64,000 bases of DNA from Patescibacteria group bacterium (GCA_038056395.1 JBBUFS010000004.1:884-64883), one strand, 5' to 3'. Positions 33,017 through 43,881 are shown, counted from the first letter of the stretch. A program made the numbers and translations. The notes: generated by a model from the sequence alone, not told the origin.

Positions 33017-34309
33017 TTAAACCGGTTTATTGCGCGGTTTTATAACGGGACCCTCAAGCAAGGTTCCAACTTTTCCGTTTTTTAATGCGCTACTCATAAT
33101 CGCAAAAACTTTTTCCAATCGTCGCGATACTTCTGCGATGTGAGAGGTGGTGTGAGAATAATTCATAACATTGGAACAACTCGTCAAAATACCAGCTTTG
33201 GCTGTCTCTTGAATAAACAAACTTTTGAGAACGAGATCATCATTTCCGTCGTTGTCCTTGAAAACAAATACCGGATGAGGACCGATACCCACGGCTTTCG
33301 TCGGGATTTTATATTCATTGGCAAGGGCATTGTAATTTTTGATCAGCAGATTCCCGGTTTCCCACAATCTTTTTTGAATATTGTTTCGCTTCATAAAATC
33401 AAGGGTTGCCAACGCGGCCGCGATACTTGGCAGATAACCGGCATAGGTAAATGAAAAAAATATGTCACCAGCATTCAAAGTCGCCATAATTTCTCGCTTA
33501 CCGCCCAATACCGAGAGTGGTTCGCCGTTGGAAATCGCTTTTCCATAACAAACCAGATCCGGAATGACACCGAAATATTCCGCGGCGCCACCCATGGCCA
33601 AACGAAAACCAGTAACCAGCTCATCAAAAACCAGCACCGCTTTATGTTTGCTGGCTAGTATTTTTATTCCTTCAAGAAAACCGGGGTGTGGCAGAGCAGA
33701 ACTGACTGGCTCAAGAATAATCGCGGCTATTTGATTGGGATAATCGTTTAGAATTTTTTCAAGACTAGGCAAATCATTGTATTTAAACTCATGGCTTAAA
33801 TTCTTAACCGCCTCCGGAATACCTCTGTTGCGGAGAGGATTGGTGGCAATTGCCCAATCCGGCCAGCCGTGATAGCCGCACTTGGCAACATGGTCGCGCC
33901 CGGTGTAAGCTCGAGCCACTCTGATAGCGGCAGTAGTAACATCAGAACCATTGAGACCAAAACGCACCATCTCGATATAAGGCAGCAGGCCGACAATCTT
34001 TTCAGCCAAGACGACTTCAAGATCGCCTGGTATGGAAAAAATTGTCCCTTTTTGGCGTTGACGGAGAACCGATCGTTCAATAAGCGGATGTTGGTAACCC
34101 AAAATGATCGCTCCCAATGAGGAAGCGAGATCAATATATTTGTTACCATCAACATCCCAGACTTCGCAGCCTTTGCCTCTTATGATTGCGTAGGGCGACA
34201 CCCCTTCCACAAATTGATCAGGAGATTTGCTTAAGGTTTGGGAAGCCCGCGGAATCACTTTTTTTGCTCTTTCCAGTAATCTTTTTGAATTTAAGGTTCT
34301 TCTTTTCAT
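33017..34309 (-). CDS. Class III aminotransferase (GSA aminomutase-like)
   Basis: WDVDGNKYID, GYHGW, FDELVTGFR, GKAISNG. Confidence 0.9.
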   Translation of the reverse strand: MKRRTLNSKRLLERAKKVIPRASQTLSKSPDQFVEGVSPYAIIRGKGCEVWDVDGNKYIDLASSLGAIILGYQHPLIERSVLRQRQKGTIFSIPGDLEVVLAEKIVGLLPYIEMVRFGLNGSDVTTAAIRVARAYTGRDHVAKCGYHGWPDWAIATNPLRNRGIPEAVKNLSHEFKYNDLPSLEKILNDYPNQIAAIILEPVSSALPHPGFLEGIKILASKHKAVLVFDELVTGFRLAMGGAAEYFGVIPDLVCYGKAISNGEPLSVLGGKREIMATLNAGDIFFSFTYAGYLPSIAAALATLDFMKRNNIQKRLWETGNLLIKNYNALANEYKIPTKAVGIGPHPVFVFKDNDGNDDLVLKSLFIQETAKAGILTSCSNVMNYSHTTSHIAEVSRRLEKVFAIMSSALKNGKVGTLLEGPVIKPRNKPV

Positions 34310-34336
34310 TGTAATACAGCTCTTGTTTCTAAAATA

Positions 34337-35104
34337 TTATTTTTTAAAATTAAAGCAATTTTTTTTCCAGCTACTAAATCCGTCATGCCGTCTATATTTT
34401 TTATTTATATCAATCAGGGAATCATTTTGTTTCAATACTTTCAAAATATCTTCTAAGACAAAATCTCTGGGCAAGAGTTTTAACAGATTGTTGATAAGTT
34501 TGATATCATCCTTATAATCAACCGTAAACCTAAATCTTGATATATCTTTCTCGTTGTTTAAGTTGGCTATTCTAAACCGCCGAGGATTGTCTCTGATATG
34601 GGCGGTAACATGTTCTCGCTCATGCGATTTTTTAGCTTTTTTCCACATGTTCTTTAAAATATTAAAGGAAAAGACTTCAACATCCAGACCATCCGGAAAG
34701 GTTGGTGGGATAACATTACTGGCATAATCAACTTTTTCCCGAAAAAAAATATTTATTACTTTATCAATAATCTGCGGATCGGTTAGAGGGCAGTCGGCGT
34801 TAATTCTGATGATCACAGAATAGTTGCGATAAAACAACGCGCATTGATAAAATCTGTCCAGAACATCATTTTCCGAACCGCGAAAACAATCAACGCCGAT
34901 TTTCCGGCATAATTTTTCCGTAACATCGTCTTCTCTTCTATCAGTAGTAGCGACAACAATTTTGCCTATTTTTTTTGCTTGACCAACTCTAATCAAAACA
35001 TTTTCAAGAATTGTTCGGCCCCCGGCTTTCATTAAAATCTTGCCGGGCAAGCGAGTAGAATTCATTCTGGCTTGAATAATGCAAATTGTTTTTATTTTTT
35101 CCAT
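34337..35104 (-). CDS. spsF: SpsF-like cytidylyltransferase family protein
   Basis: IQARMNSTRLPGK, RGSENDVLDR, R.NADCP, REHVT, RFTVDY. Confidence 0.85.
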   Translation of the reverse strand: MEKIKTICIIQARMNSTRLPGKILMKAGGRTILENVLIRVGQAKKIGKIVVATTDRREDDVTEKLCRKIGVDCFRGSENDVLDRFYQCALFYRNYSVIIRINADCPLTDPQIIDKVINIFFREKVDYASNVIPPTFPDGLDVEVFSFNILKNMWKKAKKSHEREHVTAHIRDNPRRFRIANLNNEKDISRFRFTVDYKDDIKLINNLLKLLPRDFVLEDILKVLKQNDSLIDINKKYRRHDGFSSWKKNCFNFKK

Positions 35105-36000
35105 AAGCTGGGAAATATTATGCTTTTTTCGACATCAACAAAATTTTCTTTCAATTCTTTTATGCAGTTATCGCAATCCTTATTCTTATCTGCTATATCT
35201 ATGTCTTCTTTTAGCTGATCTAGATCATCCACGCCAAAAACCGTATAATTTATATCTTTGTTTTTGCAGGAAAACAGAAGAGCCGCTTGTTGTCTAGACA
35301 GATTATATTTATTTATAATTTTATCAAGCTTTTTCAAATATGGCTTGGCAATTTCCAAATATGGAGGAATTTTCTCCTCTGACATAAAAAACAGACCCTG
35401 TAAAAAAGCGCTGCGCGCAAAAACTGTCACATTATTTTTTTGGGCAATTTCAAAAAAATTTGTTTTGTTTAATCTTTGGTCAAAAATGCTATACGGCACT
35501 TGTATATAATCAAATTTATTGAGTTCAACCGCATAGACAGCATCGTTTTCTTCATAAATAGAAACGCCTATGTTTTTGACTAATTTTTGTTTTTTAAGGT
35601 TTACCATAGCGTCAACCGTTTTATTATCATATATATATGCCGGAGTATGAAAAAGATAACCATCCACATAATTTCTATTTAATCTTTTTAATGATTCCTC
35701 CAGATTGTTAGCTATAATATCGAGAGCTTCTCCGTGAGATTCAGACATAATATTCGGTTTTAATTTAGTAATAATCTTTATTTCCGCGCTTAAATTTCTA
35801 GTTTTAATAAATTCCCCTAAAATTTCTTCCGCTTCGCCGTAATTATAGGCAGTATCAAAAATCCTTATGCCCTTTTGCCAAGCATAATCAAGCATGGCAA
35901 GAGATTTCTCTCTTGCCGGTTTTCCATTTGGATTGTTAATTCCGTAATTTAAACCAAATTGAACCGTGCCCAGTATTAATTTGTTTAATAAGCTATTCAT
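35092..36000 (-). CDS. Aldo/keto reductase
   Basis: LGTVQFG..YG, DTAYNYG.AE, IGVSIY, ARSAFLQG. Confidence 0.9.
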   Translation of the reverse strand: MNSLLNKLILGTVQFGLNYGINNPNGKPAREKSLAMLDYAWQKGIRIFDTAYNYGEAEEILGEFIKTRNLSAEIKIITKLKPNIMSESHGEALDIIANNLEESLKRLNRNYVDGYLFHTPAYIYDNKTVDAMVNLKKQKLVKNIGVSIYEENDAVYAVELNKFDYIQVPYSIFDQRLNKTNFFEIAQKNNVTVFARSAFLQGLFFMSEEKIPPYLEIAKPYLKKLDKIINKYNLSRQQAALLFSCKNKDINYTVFGVDDLDQLKEDIDIADKNKDCDNCIKELKENFVDVEKSIIFPSLWKK

Positions 36001-36083
36001 TAAATTTTGTTAATTATATCATTAAAAATATAATATTGCTAGTGTTTATAATGTAATTTGATATATAATAGCAAACATTAAAT

Positions 36084-36962
36084 ATGAGAAGGACGAACCA
36101 GCTTGTAAAGCATAAATTGGGATTTTTCCAAGTTAAAAATAAGCCAACCCAAAAAGAATTGGAGAATTTTTATTCAAAACAATATTATCAAAACGAACGT
36201 GGCAGTTATCGCTCTCAATATTCCAACGAAGAAATAAAGTATTTTAATGCGAAAGATGAACAAAGGTTTGAAATTATTTCTAAACTGATTCCGAAAGGCA
36301 AACGCCTTTTAGATATAGGTTGCGGAGAGGGTTATATGATTGATTTTTTTAAAAAGGGAGGATGGGATGTTTTGGGTTTAGATTATAGCGGATTTGGTTG
36401 TTCAAAAATGAACCCCGCCTGTCTTTCCATGGTAAAGATCGGCGACATCTACAGGAGCATAGATGAACTCATAAGCAAAAAAGGAAAATTTGATGTAATC
36501 AGCTTGAAAAATGTTTTGGAGCATGTGCTTGAACCAGAAATACTCTTAAAAAAAATAAAAAAACTTGCCCGCAGTAACACGATCCTGATTGTTACGGTAC
36601 CGAATGATTTTTCATTTTATCAAAATTTTTTGTTGAAAGAAAAAATGATTGATAATCCGTTTTGGGTGATTATCCCGGACCATATCTCTTATTTTGAAAA
36701 AAACAGTTTAAAAAAAATCTGCAGCTATGCCGGCTGGCAAGAAAAAGAAGTAGTGGCTGATTTTCCAATAGACATATTTTTATCAAATCCCCATTCCAAT
36801 TATATCAAAGATAAGTCCAAGGGACCGGCCGCCCATCAGGCCAGGATTAAATTGGAAAATTTGTTTAATAATGTGTCAATCAAAGCAACGATTAATCTTT
36901 ACAAAGCAATGGCCGAACTTGGTTTTGGAAGACAGATTACCGGGTACTACAAAATTAAATAG
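36084..36962 (+). CDS. Class I SAM methyltransferase
   Basis: LLDIGCGEG, NVLEHV, VPND, DHISYF. Confidence 0.88.
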   Translation: MRRTNQLVKHKLGFFQVKNKPTQKELENFYSKQYYQNERGSYRSQYSNEEIKYFNAKDEQRFEIISKLIPKGKRLLDIGCGEGYMIDFFKKGGWDVLGLDYSGFGCSKMNPACLSMVKIGDIYRSIDELISKKGKFDVISLKNVLEHVLEPEILLKKIKKLARSNTILIVTVPNDFSFYQNFLLKEKMIDNPFWVIIPDHISYFEKNSLKKICSYAGWQEKEVVADFPIDIFLSNPHSNYIKDKSKGPAAHQARIKLENLFNNVSIKATINLYKAMAELGFGRQITGYYKIK

Positions 36963-36985
36963 GCCATTTATCCGATTTTTATATT

Positions 36986-37744
36986 TTAATCATTCAATTC
37001 CCTTATAATTTCAAAGGCCTCCGCACATTCATATCCAACATTCATACCCCGATATTTAGCAAGAATCCTTATTCCCTCGTAAGATCGAGGGTGGGGGTAT
37101 GAGCGCATTTCATTCCTATATATTTTTAATGCCTCTATTTTTCTATCTATAAAACTAGTTATATTATTATAAAAATTTGGCATAAATGTTTTTCCAGAGT
37201 TTTTATTTTCCCATTCGGTAGAAGAGGGAGTTTCAAAAGTAAAAATCTTTTTTACAAAAAATCCTGGCTGAGGCCGACAAGCAGTGAGAACCGCTTGAAA
37301 AGTCAGTTTGTGGTCAATATTCAAATCTCCGCCATGGTGGGTATAAATTATATCCGGCCTTATTTTATTTATATATTTTTCAACAATTTTAGCAATTGAA
37401 AGAAGCGGAATAGAATCAAATTGATTATCGGGAAGTTTTTCCAAAAACAAATTTTTAAATCCCAATTTTTTGCTTACTTGTTCTGCCTGTTTTTCCCTTC
37501 TTTTTGTGTCAGTTGAAGTGGCGGTACTGCGAGAAAGTTCCCCATCGCCCAAAATAAGGGCGGAGACTTCATCTTTCTCCGCCACATGTTTGAGTATGGT
37601 CCCGCCGATGCCCAGTATTTCATCATCCGGGTGAGCGACAATAACCATTATTTTTTTTCCTCCTGTTTTCATTTCTCTTTTATTTCTACCGACACTTTGA
37701 GGCCGGTTTTTGTTTTCTCGGCTTCCGAAAATTCCATTCTCCAT
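36986..37744 (-). CDS. PIG-L family de-N-acetylase (likely start ~37673)
   Basis: AHPDDE..G.GG, THH..D.N.DH, EAF. Confidence 0.9.
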   Translation of the reverse strand: MENGIFGSRENKNRPQSVGRNKREMKTGGKKIMVIVAHPDDEILGIGGTILKHVAEKDEVSALILGDGELSRSTATSTDTKRREKQAEQVSKKLGFKNLFLEKLPDNQFDSIPLLSIAKIVEKYINKIRPDIIYTHHGGDLNIDHKLTFQAVLTACRPQPGFFVKKIFTFETPSSTEWENKNSGKTFMPNFYNNITSFIDRKIEALKIYRNEMRSYPHPRSYEGIRILAKYRGMNVGYECAEAFEIIRELND

Positions 37745-38340
37745 TTTTCTCCCTCAATAAAGGCCTTGGGATATTCCGGAGCGTCAAGCATACGAACGAT
37801 ATCATAAATTTCTTCCATTGGCATGGTTTCCAAAATCTTTCCGTCTTCGGGCTTACGCCGCTTAAAGGAAACAATTTTCCCTTTTTGTGGCTTCGGCTTT
37901 GGATTACTCTTTGCGATAAGGGGGATCATTTCGCCGAAAATCATTTCCGAGGCGCGGATATATATCTCCTCCGCCGTTCCGAACAGGGAAAGCTTGCGTT
38001 TGAGATAAACAGGTCCAGTATCCAATCCCCCATCCACTTTGAGAGCTGTTATTTTAGTCCTTTTGTGTCCGCGAACAATCAGATTTTGGAGCGGACTGCC
38101 GCCGCGGCCATATGGAAGATCAGTCATATGGAAAACCACGCACTCAAAATTTGACCATATCTCTTCCGGAATAATCCATGACCAGTGTGGAACAAAGATA
38201 TATCTCGGATTTATTTTCTTTATCTTATTGAGCGTCAGATCCTCCTTGCGCGCAATAAGATGGAAGTTTTTCTTTCGACCGAAATATTTCTTAAAAAAAG
38301 ATATATTCCAGGGCCTAATAGTGGCTATTATGTAATTCAT
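37669..38340 (-). CDS. Sugar formyltransferase (Fmt-like)
   Basis: HWSW, FHMTDLPYGRGGSPLQN, LDTGPVY, RMLDA..YP. Confidence 0.88.
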   Translation of the reverse strand: MNYIIATIRPWNISFFKKYFGRKKNFHLIARKEDLTLNKIKKINPRYIFVPHWSWIIPEEIWSNFECVVFHMTDLPYGRGGSPLQNLIVRGHKRTKITALKVDGGLDTGPVYLKRKLSLFGTAEEIYIRASEMIFGEMIPLIAKSNPKPKPQKGKIVSFKRRKPEDGKILETMPMEEIYDIVRMLDAPEYPKAFIEGEKWRMEFSEAEKTKTGLKVSVEIKEK

Positions 38341-38434
38341 ATGGTTTCTCTCCGTTGTTTAGAATAATACAAATAATAACTTAAAGCAACTTGACAAAGT
38401 ATATAATATTTTTATAATCAAACGCTAGACGTCT

Positions 38435-39004
38435 TTGAAAAGGAGAGCTACACTAATGACCATGATGGATCTTGTAAATGAATTCATTGATTTGTATAAG
38501 AGTTCGCCCGAAACAGTCCCAAAAAATACAGACGGCATTGTTGTGCTTATGGGGCCGGCACGTCGGGTGGATATTTCTAGAATAAACCTTGGGTTGAATA
38601 TACTCAGGACTTTGAGTAACCCGGTTCCCATAATTTTCAGCGGAGTAACGGAAGAGAGAGAAGAAATTCTTTCCCTTATGGAGCGGCTCGGCTCGCCAAA
38701 ATCGCTGACTCATTTCCAGGATTGCGGCAAGACTGGCGTTGCCAACACCAAAACCCAGTTTGAAACTTTGATTGCCGATCCGCTGACCAAAGACCTCAGA
38801 AGATTGGCCATTGTAACGAGCGTGTGGCATATTCCCAGAGTAAAGAGGACCGCTGCAAAATTCCTCCCGCCTGAAACCCGGTTTGTTGTGGCTGGAAATC
38901 CTGATGGAAGCAATGATTGCGACTCATTCGTTTTGGTCATGGGCGAGATAAGAAAAATCATTGAGTATTCGGCCAGGGGAGACATTTCGGCCAAGCCACG
39001 CTAG
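38435..39004 (+). CDS. YdcF/DUF218-like protein (likely start ~38457)
   Basis: IVVLMG, IIFSG, NT..Q, IVTSVWHIPR. Confidence 0.7.
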   Translation: MKRRATLMTMMDLVNEFIDLYKSSPETVPKNTDGIVVLMGPARRVDISRINLGLNILRTLSNPVPIIFSGVTEEREEILSLMERLGSPKSLTHFQDCGKTGVANTKTQFETLIADPLTKDLRRLAIVTSVWHIPRVKRTAAKFLPPETRFVVAGNPDGSNDCDSFVLVMGEIRKIIEYSARGDISAKPR

Positions 39005-39015
39005 TCGCAATTTTT

Positions 39016-39723
39016 CTATTTTTCTTTCACCTTTATTTTTATTATATTTTTTAAATCTGTAAGCGACTTTACTTTTATACAGTCATTCACTCCCGGATGC
39101 GAAAGCTGCCTATCTACCAACACCGGAATAAGCCCTGCCAAACGGGCCGGTATTATATCAAGTTCATAATCGTCTCCAACATAATAAATATTTCCGTAAT
39201 TCCCAATCATGCCATGCAAAAGTTCTTCAAAAAATTTAGGGTCCGGTTTTGCATATCTTGATTGCGACGAACTGCGTACAATATCAAAATATTTCAAAAT
39301 TCCCGTTTCCTGCAATATTTTTTCAAGTCCCGCAGTCCAGTTGGCAAGAATCCCCAGCAGTATTTTTTCATTATGAAAATACTGGAGTGTTTCCAGCACA
39401 TCCTCATAAATCGCGTATTTGGCGCAAGTGTCAATTTTCTTATTCAAGGCTTGCGCCTGCCCGTCAAGTGACTTAAGCCCTAAAATTTCCAATAATTCTT
39501 TATTGTATAAAATGTAATACTTTTCTCTTTCTTCTTTTGAGTTAAATTGGGGGTGAATAAATTTATGCTTATCGTAGACAATATCCAACGCTTTTTGGAC
39601 TGATTTGACAGAGACATTTTTATTGAATTCTTTGCAAGCAAATTGGCTGATTGTCTCTTCAAGATTTTTTTTAAAAATAAGCGTTTTGTAGCAGTCAAAT
39701 ATTATGTAAATCTTTGATTTCAT
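39016..39723 (-). CDS. HAD-family hydrolase
   Basis: FDCYKTL, KPDPKFF, YVGDDYELD. Confidence 0.85.
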   Translation of the reverse strand: MKSKIYIIFDCYKTLIFKKNLEETISQFACKEFNKNVSVKSVQKALDIVYDKHKFIHPQFNSKEEREKYYILYNKELLEILGLKSLDGQAQALNKKIDTCAKYAIYEDVLETLQYFHNEKILLGILANWTAGLEKILQETGILKYFDIVRSSSQSRYAKPDPKFFEELLHGMIGNYGNIYYVGDDYELDIIPARLAGLIPVLVDRQLSHPGVNDCIKVKSLTDLKNIIKIKVKEK

Positions 39724-40814
39724 ATATTTGTTATTCTGCCTTGTTTTTTGAGTTTTGCGTACCGTAACTGCGGAACGATATGTTCTCCAAATAGACGCAT
39801 GATAAAACCGTCCTTATAATCCAGCGCCGGCCGTTTATTTTCCAGAAAATAATCTATTGCAGCCAAAGCTTCATTGAATCCCAGCATGGCCCTAAAAATT
39901 GTGGTGCTGGATATCCTGGCATTTATTTCAATAACGCAAGGTTGGTGATTTTTATCTCTTCGAAGCTGCACATTGCACGGACCGATTGCCCCAACGCTTT
40001 CGGCCGTTTTTTTTGCGACATCCGCCATATCTTTTTGGTGGTTGGCAATAGCATGCCAAGTCATGCCGAATTTAAGCTTTCTTAGCATGGTTATCGCCCC
40101 AAGCGCCCGCGAATCCTTTGTCAAAAATACACCCACCGTATATTCTTCATCTTTGCCATTGTCAATATATTCCTGAATTATCGGATTGGACACATTTGGC
40201 CACTTCTTATCCAGCTCCTTTTTATTTTTGATGATGTAAAAATCTTTTGAGCCGCTTCCGTGTCTCGGCTTCAAAACAAGCGGCCATCCATATTTTTTTA
40301 TGAGCTTATCGGCGCCGTTTTTTGTTGTGTAGGTTTCCGGCACTCTTATGTTATTTTTTGACAAAAATCGGTAAGTTGCTAATTTATCCTGATTGCAAAT
40401 ATCCAAAACTTTCTCGGGCTGAACCACAAAATAAGCCTTGGTGCTTGCTTTCAACCTTTCAACATTTTTAGCGATAACAATCTGCTCCGCCTCAAAGCAA
40501 CTGAATACTATATCAATTTTTTCCTTATTGCAGATGGTTATGATATCTTTGAGAAATTTCTTTTCATCTCCAAGCACCGGCTCAATAATATAGCCCTTGT
40601 CGGCAAGAAATAATCCGCAACTTTCCGCGTTTATGTCTGTGGCAATTATTCGCATTTTCCGACCAAACATTCTAAGCGACTTAATCACTCCCTGTCCGAT
40701 ATCCCCGCTACTCGCGGTAACCAAAATATTTATTTTTTTCATTAAATTATTTCGCAATAAGCCGCCAAGACAGAGGCGTGCCGGACTTGATATCGATTTT
40801 AGCGCGCCGACCAA
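39720..40814 (-). CDS. ATP-grasp ligase (likely start ~40742)
   Basis: DKL.TY, LKPRHGSGS, IIQEYI, EYTV, VIEINAR. Confidence 0.87.
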   Translation of the reverse strand: MVGALKSISSPARLCLGGLLRNNLMKKINILVTASSGDIGQGVIKSLRMFGRKMRIIATDINAESCGLFLADKGYIIEPVLGDEKKFLKDIITICNKEKIDIVFSCFEAEQIVIAKNVERLKASTKAYFVVQPEKVLDICNQDKLATYRFLSKNNIRVPETYTTKNGADKLIKKYGWPLVLKPRHGSGSKDFYIIKNKKELDKKWPNVSNPIIQEYIDNGKDEEYTVGVFLTKDSRALGAITMLRKLKFGMTWHAIANHQKDMADVAKKTAESVGAIGPCNVQLRRDKNHQPCVIEINARISSTTIFRAMLGFNEALAAIDYFLENKRPALDYKDGFIMRLFGEHIVPQLRYAKLKKQGRITNI

Positions 40815-41802
40815 TAACGCTATCTAAATATTTTGGAGACAAACCATAGCCAGGACGGATAGAACGAATGTTGCTCTTAGAAAAAATTTCTCCCTTTTTC
40901 ACATCCTTGACTACAAATAAAGATCGACGATACACACTATATTGCTTCTCTCGAGGAGTCAGTTTATAACACGGGCGACCAACGGCTTTTTCTACCTGAC
41001 GGATAGATTCTACGAGTTCTTTAAACTCTGCCGGTTCCAGAGAAAATCCGGCATCAGGACCACCTTCAGAACGTTTGAGTGTCAGATGCTTTTCAATAAT
41101 ACAGGCGCCCAAAGCCACCCCCGCGATTGAAGAGATGGCGCCGAGAGAATGGTCGGATAGTCCGGGAACTACCTTAAATTTTTTGGCCAAATCAGGTATG
41201 GTCGCCAAATTCATTTGTTCGGCTGTAGCCGGATAGGAAGTGACGCAATGCAATACTGCCACCGCCGGTGCGCCGTTTGCTCTTAAAGTTTTGACTGCCA
41301 GCTCAATTTCCTTTACTGAAGCCATGCCCCGCGAAATTATAACAGGTTTCTTTGTTTGGCCTATTTTTTTAAGCAACCCGATATCCGGAACTTCAAAAGA
41401 GGCCACTTTATAGAGAGACACTTTGAGCTTATTCAAGAAATCCACCGCTGTCTCATCAAAAGGGGTGGAAAAAAATACAAGACCCCTGTTCTCGGCATAT
41501 TTTTTAAGTTTTGCCTGCCATTCCCATGGCGTATAGGCCCATTTATATAAATCATAAAGGGTCTTTTTGTCCCAGAGATTGTCGGTCTTAACTTTAAACC
41601 ATTTTAGGTCGCTATCAATTGTCATCGTGTCTGGTGTGTAAGTTTGCAATTTGACAGCATCAGCCCCGGCTTTGGCCGCCGCATCTATGATTCTCAAAGC
41701 TTTTTTATAATCATGATTATGATTGCCCGACATTTCCGCCACGATAAAAACCGGTTTATTTCTGCCAATTATTCTCCGTCCTATTTTAAATTGACTAGAC
41801 AT
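40747..41802 (-). CDS. pseI: Pseudaminic acid synthase (NeuB family)
   Basis: AEMSGNHN, KLQTYTPDT, TPWEW, SDHS, IEKH, C-terminal SAF domain RPGYG; next to pseB and pseC. Confidence 0.88.
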   Translation of the reverse strand: MSSQFKIGRRIIGRNKPVFIVAEMSGNHNHDYKKALRIIDAAAKAGADAVKLQTYTPDTMTIDSDLKWFKVKTDNLWDKKTLYDLYKWAYTPWEWQAKLKKYAENRGLVFFSTPFDETAVDFLNKLKVSLYKVASFEVPDIGLLKKIGQTKKPVIISRGMASVKEIELAVKTLRANGAPAVAVLHCVTSYPATAEQMNLATIPDLAKKFKVVPGLSDHSLGAISSIAGVALGACIIEKHLTLKRSEGGPDAGFSLEPAEFKELVESIRQVEKAVGRPCYKLTPREKQYSVYRRSLFVVKDVKKGEIFSKSNIRSIRPGYGLSPKYLDSVIGRRAKIDIKSGTPLSWRLIAK

Positions 41803-42940
41803 AATTAAAAAATTTCTTAACGATTAAACACACATATAAAATACCCAATCTTGAAAGTTGCGGGTGAAGCGGTAAAGTAAGGCAGGACTCCTGGTATAAC
41901 TCTTCGTTTGGCAAGGCAAATTTTTTATAGCCATTATTTCTATAGTATGGATGCGAATAAACAGCCGGATAATGAATCGTATTCCCTATTCCAGCTTTTT
42001 TTAAATAAGCCATCAACCCACCTCGCCGATTTGAATCTTTCAAACGAATAACAAAAATATGCCAAGATGATAGGGCCTCGTGTTCAACGGGTAATATTAT
42101 ATCTTTTATTTCTTTTAATTTTTTTATATAAACGGCGGTTAATTTGCGTCTTTTTTTTACAAAATTATCCAGCCGCTTTAATTGGCTTACTCCTAAACCA
42201 GCAGCAATATCCGACAAGCGATAATTAAATCCTAACTCTATCACGCTATTAAATCCATTCTTGTCTTTCACAATACCATGAGAGCGAAAATATTTCAGTT
42301 TTTCATAATATTTAATATCATTAGTCAAAACAGCGCCCCCCTCTCCCGTGGTTATGTGTTTAACCGGATGAAAACTAAACACAGTCATATCGGCAAGTGT
42401 TCCCGTTTTCTTTCCTTTATATAAAGCGCCAAGAGAGTGACAAGCGTCTTCAATCACAATCAACTTATCCTTTTTGGCAATTTTTTTTATTGCATCCATA
42501 TTGGACGGATGTCCGGCAAAATCCACCGGCGCAATCGCCTTGGTTTTTTTTGTAATAAGAGACTCTATTTTATTTTCATCAATATTATATGTATCCAATC
42601 TAATATCACAAAAAACGGGTTTGGCTCCGGTCGCCAAAATCATATTTGATGTTGCCGCAAAAGTATTGGGAGTGGTAATAACTTCATCCCCCGTTTTTAG
42701 ACCGGCCGCCAAATACGCAATATGGAGTCCAGCAGTGCCACTGCTTACAGCCACCGCATATTTTGCTCCGCAATATTCTGCCAGCTTCTCTTCAAATTTT
42801 TTTACTTTAGGACCCTGAGTGAGCCAATCCGATTCTAACACTTTAACTACAGAAGATATATCTGCATTATTAACGCTTTGGCGACCATATGACGCTAAAC
42901 CAGTCCGGCTATTTTTCTTATGTCCTTTGTAGTGAGCCAT
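41795..42940 (-). CDS. pseC: PseC-like DegT/DnrJ aminotransferase
   Basis: YGRQ, WLTQGP, EDACHSLG, FSFHPVKHITTGEGG. Confidence 0.88.
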   Translation of the reverse strand: MAHYKGHKKNSRTGLASYGRQSVNNADISSVVKVLESDWLTQGPKVKKFEEKLAEYCGAKYAVAVSSGTAGLHIAYLAAGLKTGDEVITTPNTFAATSNMILATGAKPVFCDIRLDTYNIDENKIESLITKKTKAIAPVDFAGHPSNMDAIKKIAKKDKLIVIEDACHSLGALYKGKKTGTLADMTVFSFHPVKHITTGEGGAVLTNDIKYYEKLKYFRSHGIVKDKNGFNSVIELGFNYRLSDIAAGLGVSQLKRLDNFVKKRRKLTAVYIKKLKEIKDIILPVEHEALSSWHIFVIRLKDSNRRGGLMAYLKKAGIGNTIHYPAVYSHPYYRNNGYKKFALPNEELYQESCLTLPLHPQLSRLGILYVCLIVKKFFNYV

Positions 42941-43881
42941 TTTTTATTGAGATCGCTTGTGTAAAGAAAATCTTTGCCTAGCGGTTTTTTAAGTTTATAT
43001 TTTAATACATGCGCCGTGCTTGGTGTGTGAGGAATGATTACATAATAATCGCCTAAATCGTGAGTCCTAATAGCTTCCTCTTGGGTTATCAGAGTTTCAT
43101 GGATTTTCTCTCCCGGCCTCATCCCCACTACTTTAATTTTTTTATCCGGAGCTAGAGCTTTAAATAGATCGGAAATTTTCATTGAAGGAACCTTCGGCAC
43201 AAATATTTCACCCCCTACCATATTCTTGATGGCGTATGATACTAAATCAAAGCATTGATCCAATGTGATCCAAAAACGAGTCATGTCGTTGTCGGTAACA
43301 TGCAGCGGATCGTTATCTTTACGATTTAATATCGTGTCAATAACACTTCCCCTGCTGCCAATTACATTGCCATAACGAACAACGCTTAAACATGTATTAT
43401 TACCTTTTGAATAAACATTGCTTGATATAAAAAGCTTCTCCGCGCACATCTTGCTGGCCCCGTAAAGATTAACGGGACTTACCGCCTTATCGGTAGAGAT
43501 AAGAAGGATCTTCCCGACTTCCCTGTCTAGAGCGGCTGTTACAATATTTTGAGTGCCTAAAATATTTGTTTGAATCGCTTCAAATGGGTTGTATTCCAAA
43601 GCTGGCACCTGCTTTAATGCGGCGGCATGCACCACGATATCCACACCATCAAAAGCCATACGCAACCTTGATAAGTCTCTAATATCCCCCAAGAAAAAAC
43701 GCAATATATTATTATAAGCCGCCAATTCCTGTTGCATCTTAAATTGTTTTAATTCGTCCCGACTAAAAATAATAATCTTTTTGGGCTTGAAATTAGTAAG
43801 AAGAAACTTAATAAAACTCTGGCCAAAAGAGCCGGTGCCTCCGGTTATTAGAATGGTTTTGTTGTTATACATGGTATACAT
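42895..43881 (-). CDS. pseB: UDP-GlcNAc 4,6-dehydratase (inverting)
   Basis: TGGTGSFG, SRDELKQ, AALKQVPALEYNP, STDKA, RYGNVIGSRGSV, RPGEKIHE. Confidence 0.93.
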   Translation of the reverse strand: MYTMYNNKTILITGGTGSFGQSFIKFLLTNFKPKKIIIFSRDELKQFKMQQELAAYNNILRFFLGDIRDLSRLRMAFDGVDIVVHAAALKQVPALEYNPFEAIQTNILGTQNIVTAALDREVGKILLISTDKAVSPVNLYGASKMCAEKLFISSNVYSKGNNTCLSVVRYGNVIGSRGSVIDTILNRKDNDPLHVTDNDMTRFWITLDQCFDLVSYAIKNMVGGEIFVPKVPSMKISDLFKALAPDKKIKVVGMRPGEKIHETLITQEEAIRTHDLGDYYVIIPHTPSTAHVLKYKLKKPLGKDFLYTSDLNKKWLTTKDIRKIAGLV

